In this document: positions 38,696-39,358 of the stretch, piece by piece
Layout of the letters: each line of letters begins with the position of its first letter
Position numbering within the stretch: position 1 is the first letter of the stretch
Source: Halocafeteria seosinensis
Taxonomy: Eukaryota
Length of the DNA: 39,358 nt
NCBI GenBank assembly: GCA_001687465.1
Contig: LVLI01000177.1
Coordinates: 62,001 to 101,358 of the forward strand
Direction of reading: 5' to 3'
Notes under the pieces: model-generated
The model's input: the letters and a program-made list of their open reading frames with translations, nothing else
Databases searched by the model: none
Told to the model about the DNA's origin: nothing
Made by a program: the position numbers and the translations under genes

Positions 38696-39306
38696 TGGAG
38701 CAAGATTTCAAGTTGCTCTGAGTCCCAGCTGTTGCTCTGATTCCAGAGCAAGAGTACCTCCGGAGTAGAAACTTTTTTTTCTCCCGGAGTGAGAGTACCT
38801 TGGCAGAACAAGATATTTCAATAATTCAAAAATTAATAAAAATGCTTTTGAATTGGAAAACGTTGAAAAAGCTCTATAGTATACAAAATAGGTAAAAAAT
38901 TCTACTGAGAGAAAATTTATTTGTAATTTTTAAGATTTTAAGTTTGAAATAAATTTGAAAATGTTTTTTAAATGTAATTTTGTTTAGTGTAATTTTTAAT
39001 AAACGTTTGAATGTAATTTTAAATATAAAGTAACATTTGTATTTAAAAATTTATTATGGGGANTTTTCTCCCAGTTCTGTAGGGAGCTGGGGAGTTATCC
39101 CTGTGAGTCTGGGGTTTGGTTCCTGTAGATTTTTTAAAAGTAGGTTGGGGGAAAAATAGCATATTATATCTACTTATCCTCTTTACCGCCATTACGGTAC
39201 TGACATGTAGCCACTGCTGCGCCTTGACTACTGGCAGGTACCAAGTAACAAGAATAAACCGGGTGCAATGCGTGCGCATCGAGCTTTGGGCATCGCGCTT
39301 ACCCCT

Positions 39307-39309
<3 letters not shown>

Positions 39310-39358
<49 letters not shown>
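39310..39358. repeat. (CA)n microsatellite running to the window end
   Basis: Seen directly in the sequence; probably where the contig breaks. Confidence 0.95.

Noticed and set aside
39043..39354. ORF beginning MCVCVCVC
   Set aside because: It is a translation of the (TG)n microsatellite, not a gene.

Overview
This is a gene-dense eukaryotic window with short GT-AG introns, mostly 58-99 nt. A Sig/Ocm1-type EGF protein and an AK9-like protein suggest a flagellated protist, probably a stramenopile (inference). Manual splicing gives, in order: the 3' end of a TTC38-like gene (+), RPS20 (-), a 12-exon ~1644-aa secreted EGF/mastigoneme-like protein (+), RUVBL1 (+), RAB18 (-), and a 78-aa Atx1/ATOX1 copper chaperone (-) that is absent from the ORF track. 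Next come a frameshifted four-TM claudin/PMP22-like gene with a 135-bp tandem duplication (-), a decayed BED-finger (hAT-like) relic, a >2400-aa protein with a long disordered tract and a divergent C-terminal MyTH4-like domain (-), and a ~3683-aa AK9-like protein with five YHS-like repeats and apparently dead P-loops (+). The window ends in an AT-rich stretch carrying a second diverged copy of the BED-relic sequence and a terminal (CA)n. No rRNA, tRNA or CRISPR array was recognised, and I see no clear multi-gene novel system. The best leads are the two-copy BED relic family, the claudin-like gene, the pseudo-kinase AK9 and the motor-less MyTH4 protein. All family calls come from motif recognition by eye, not database searches.
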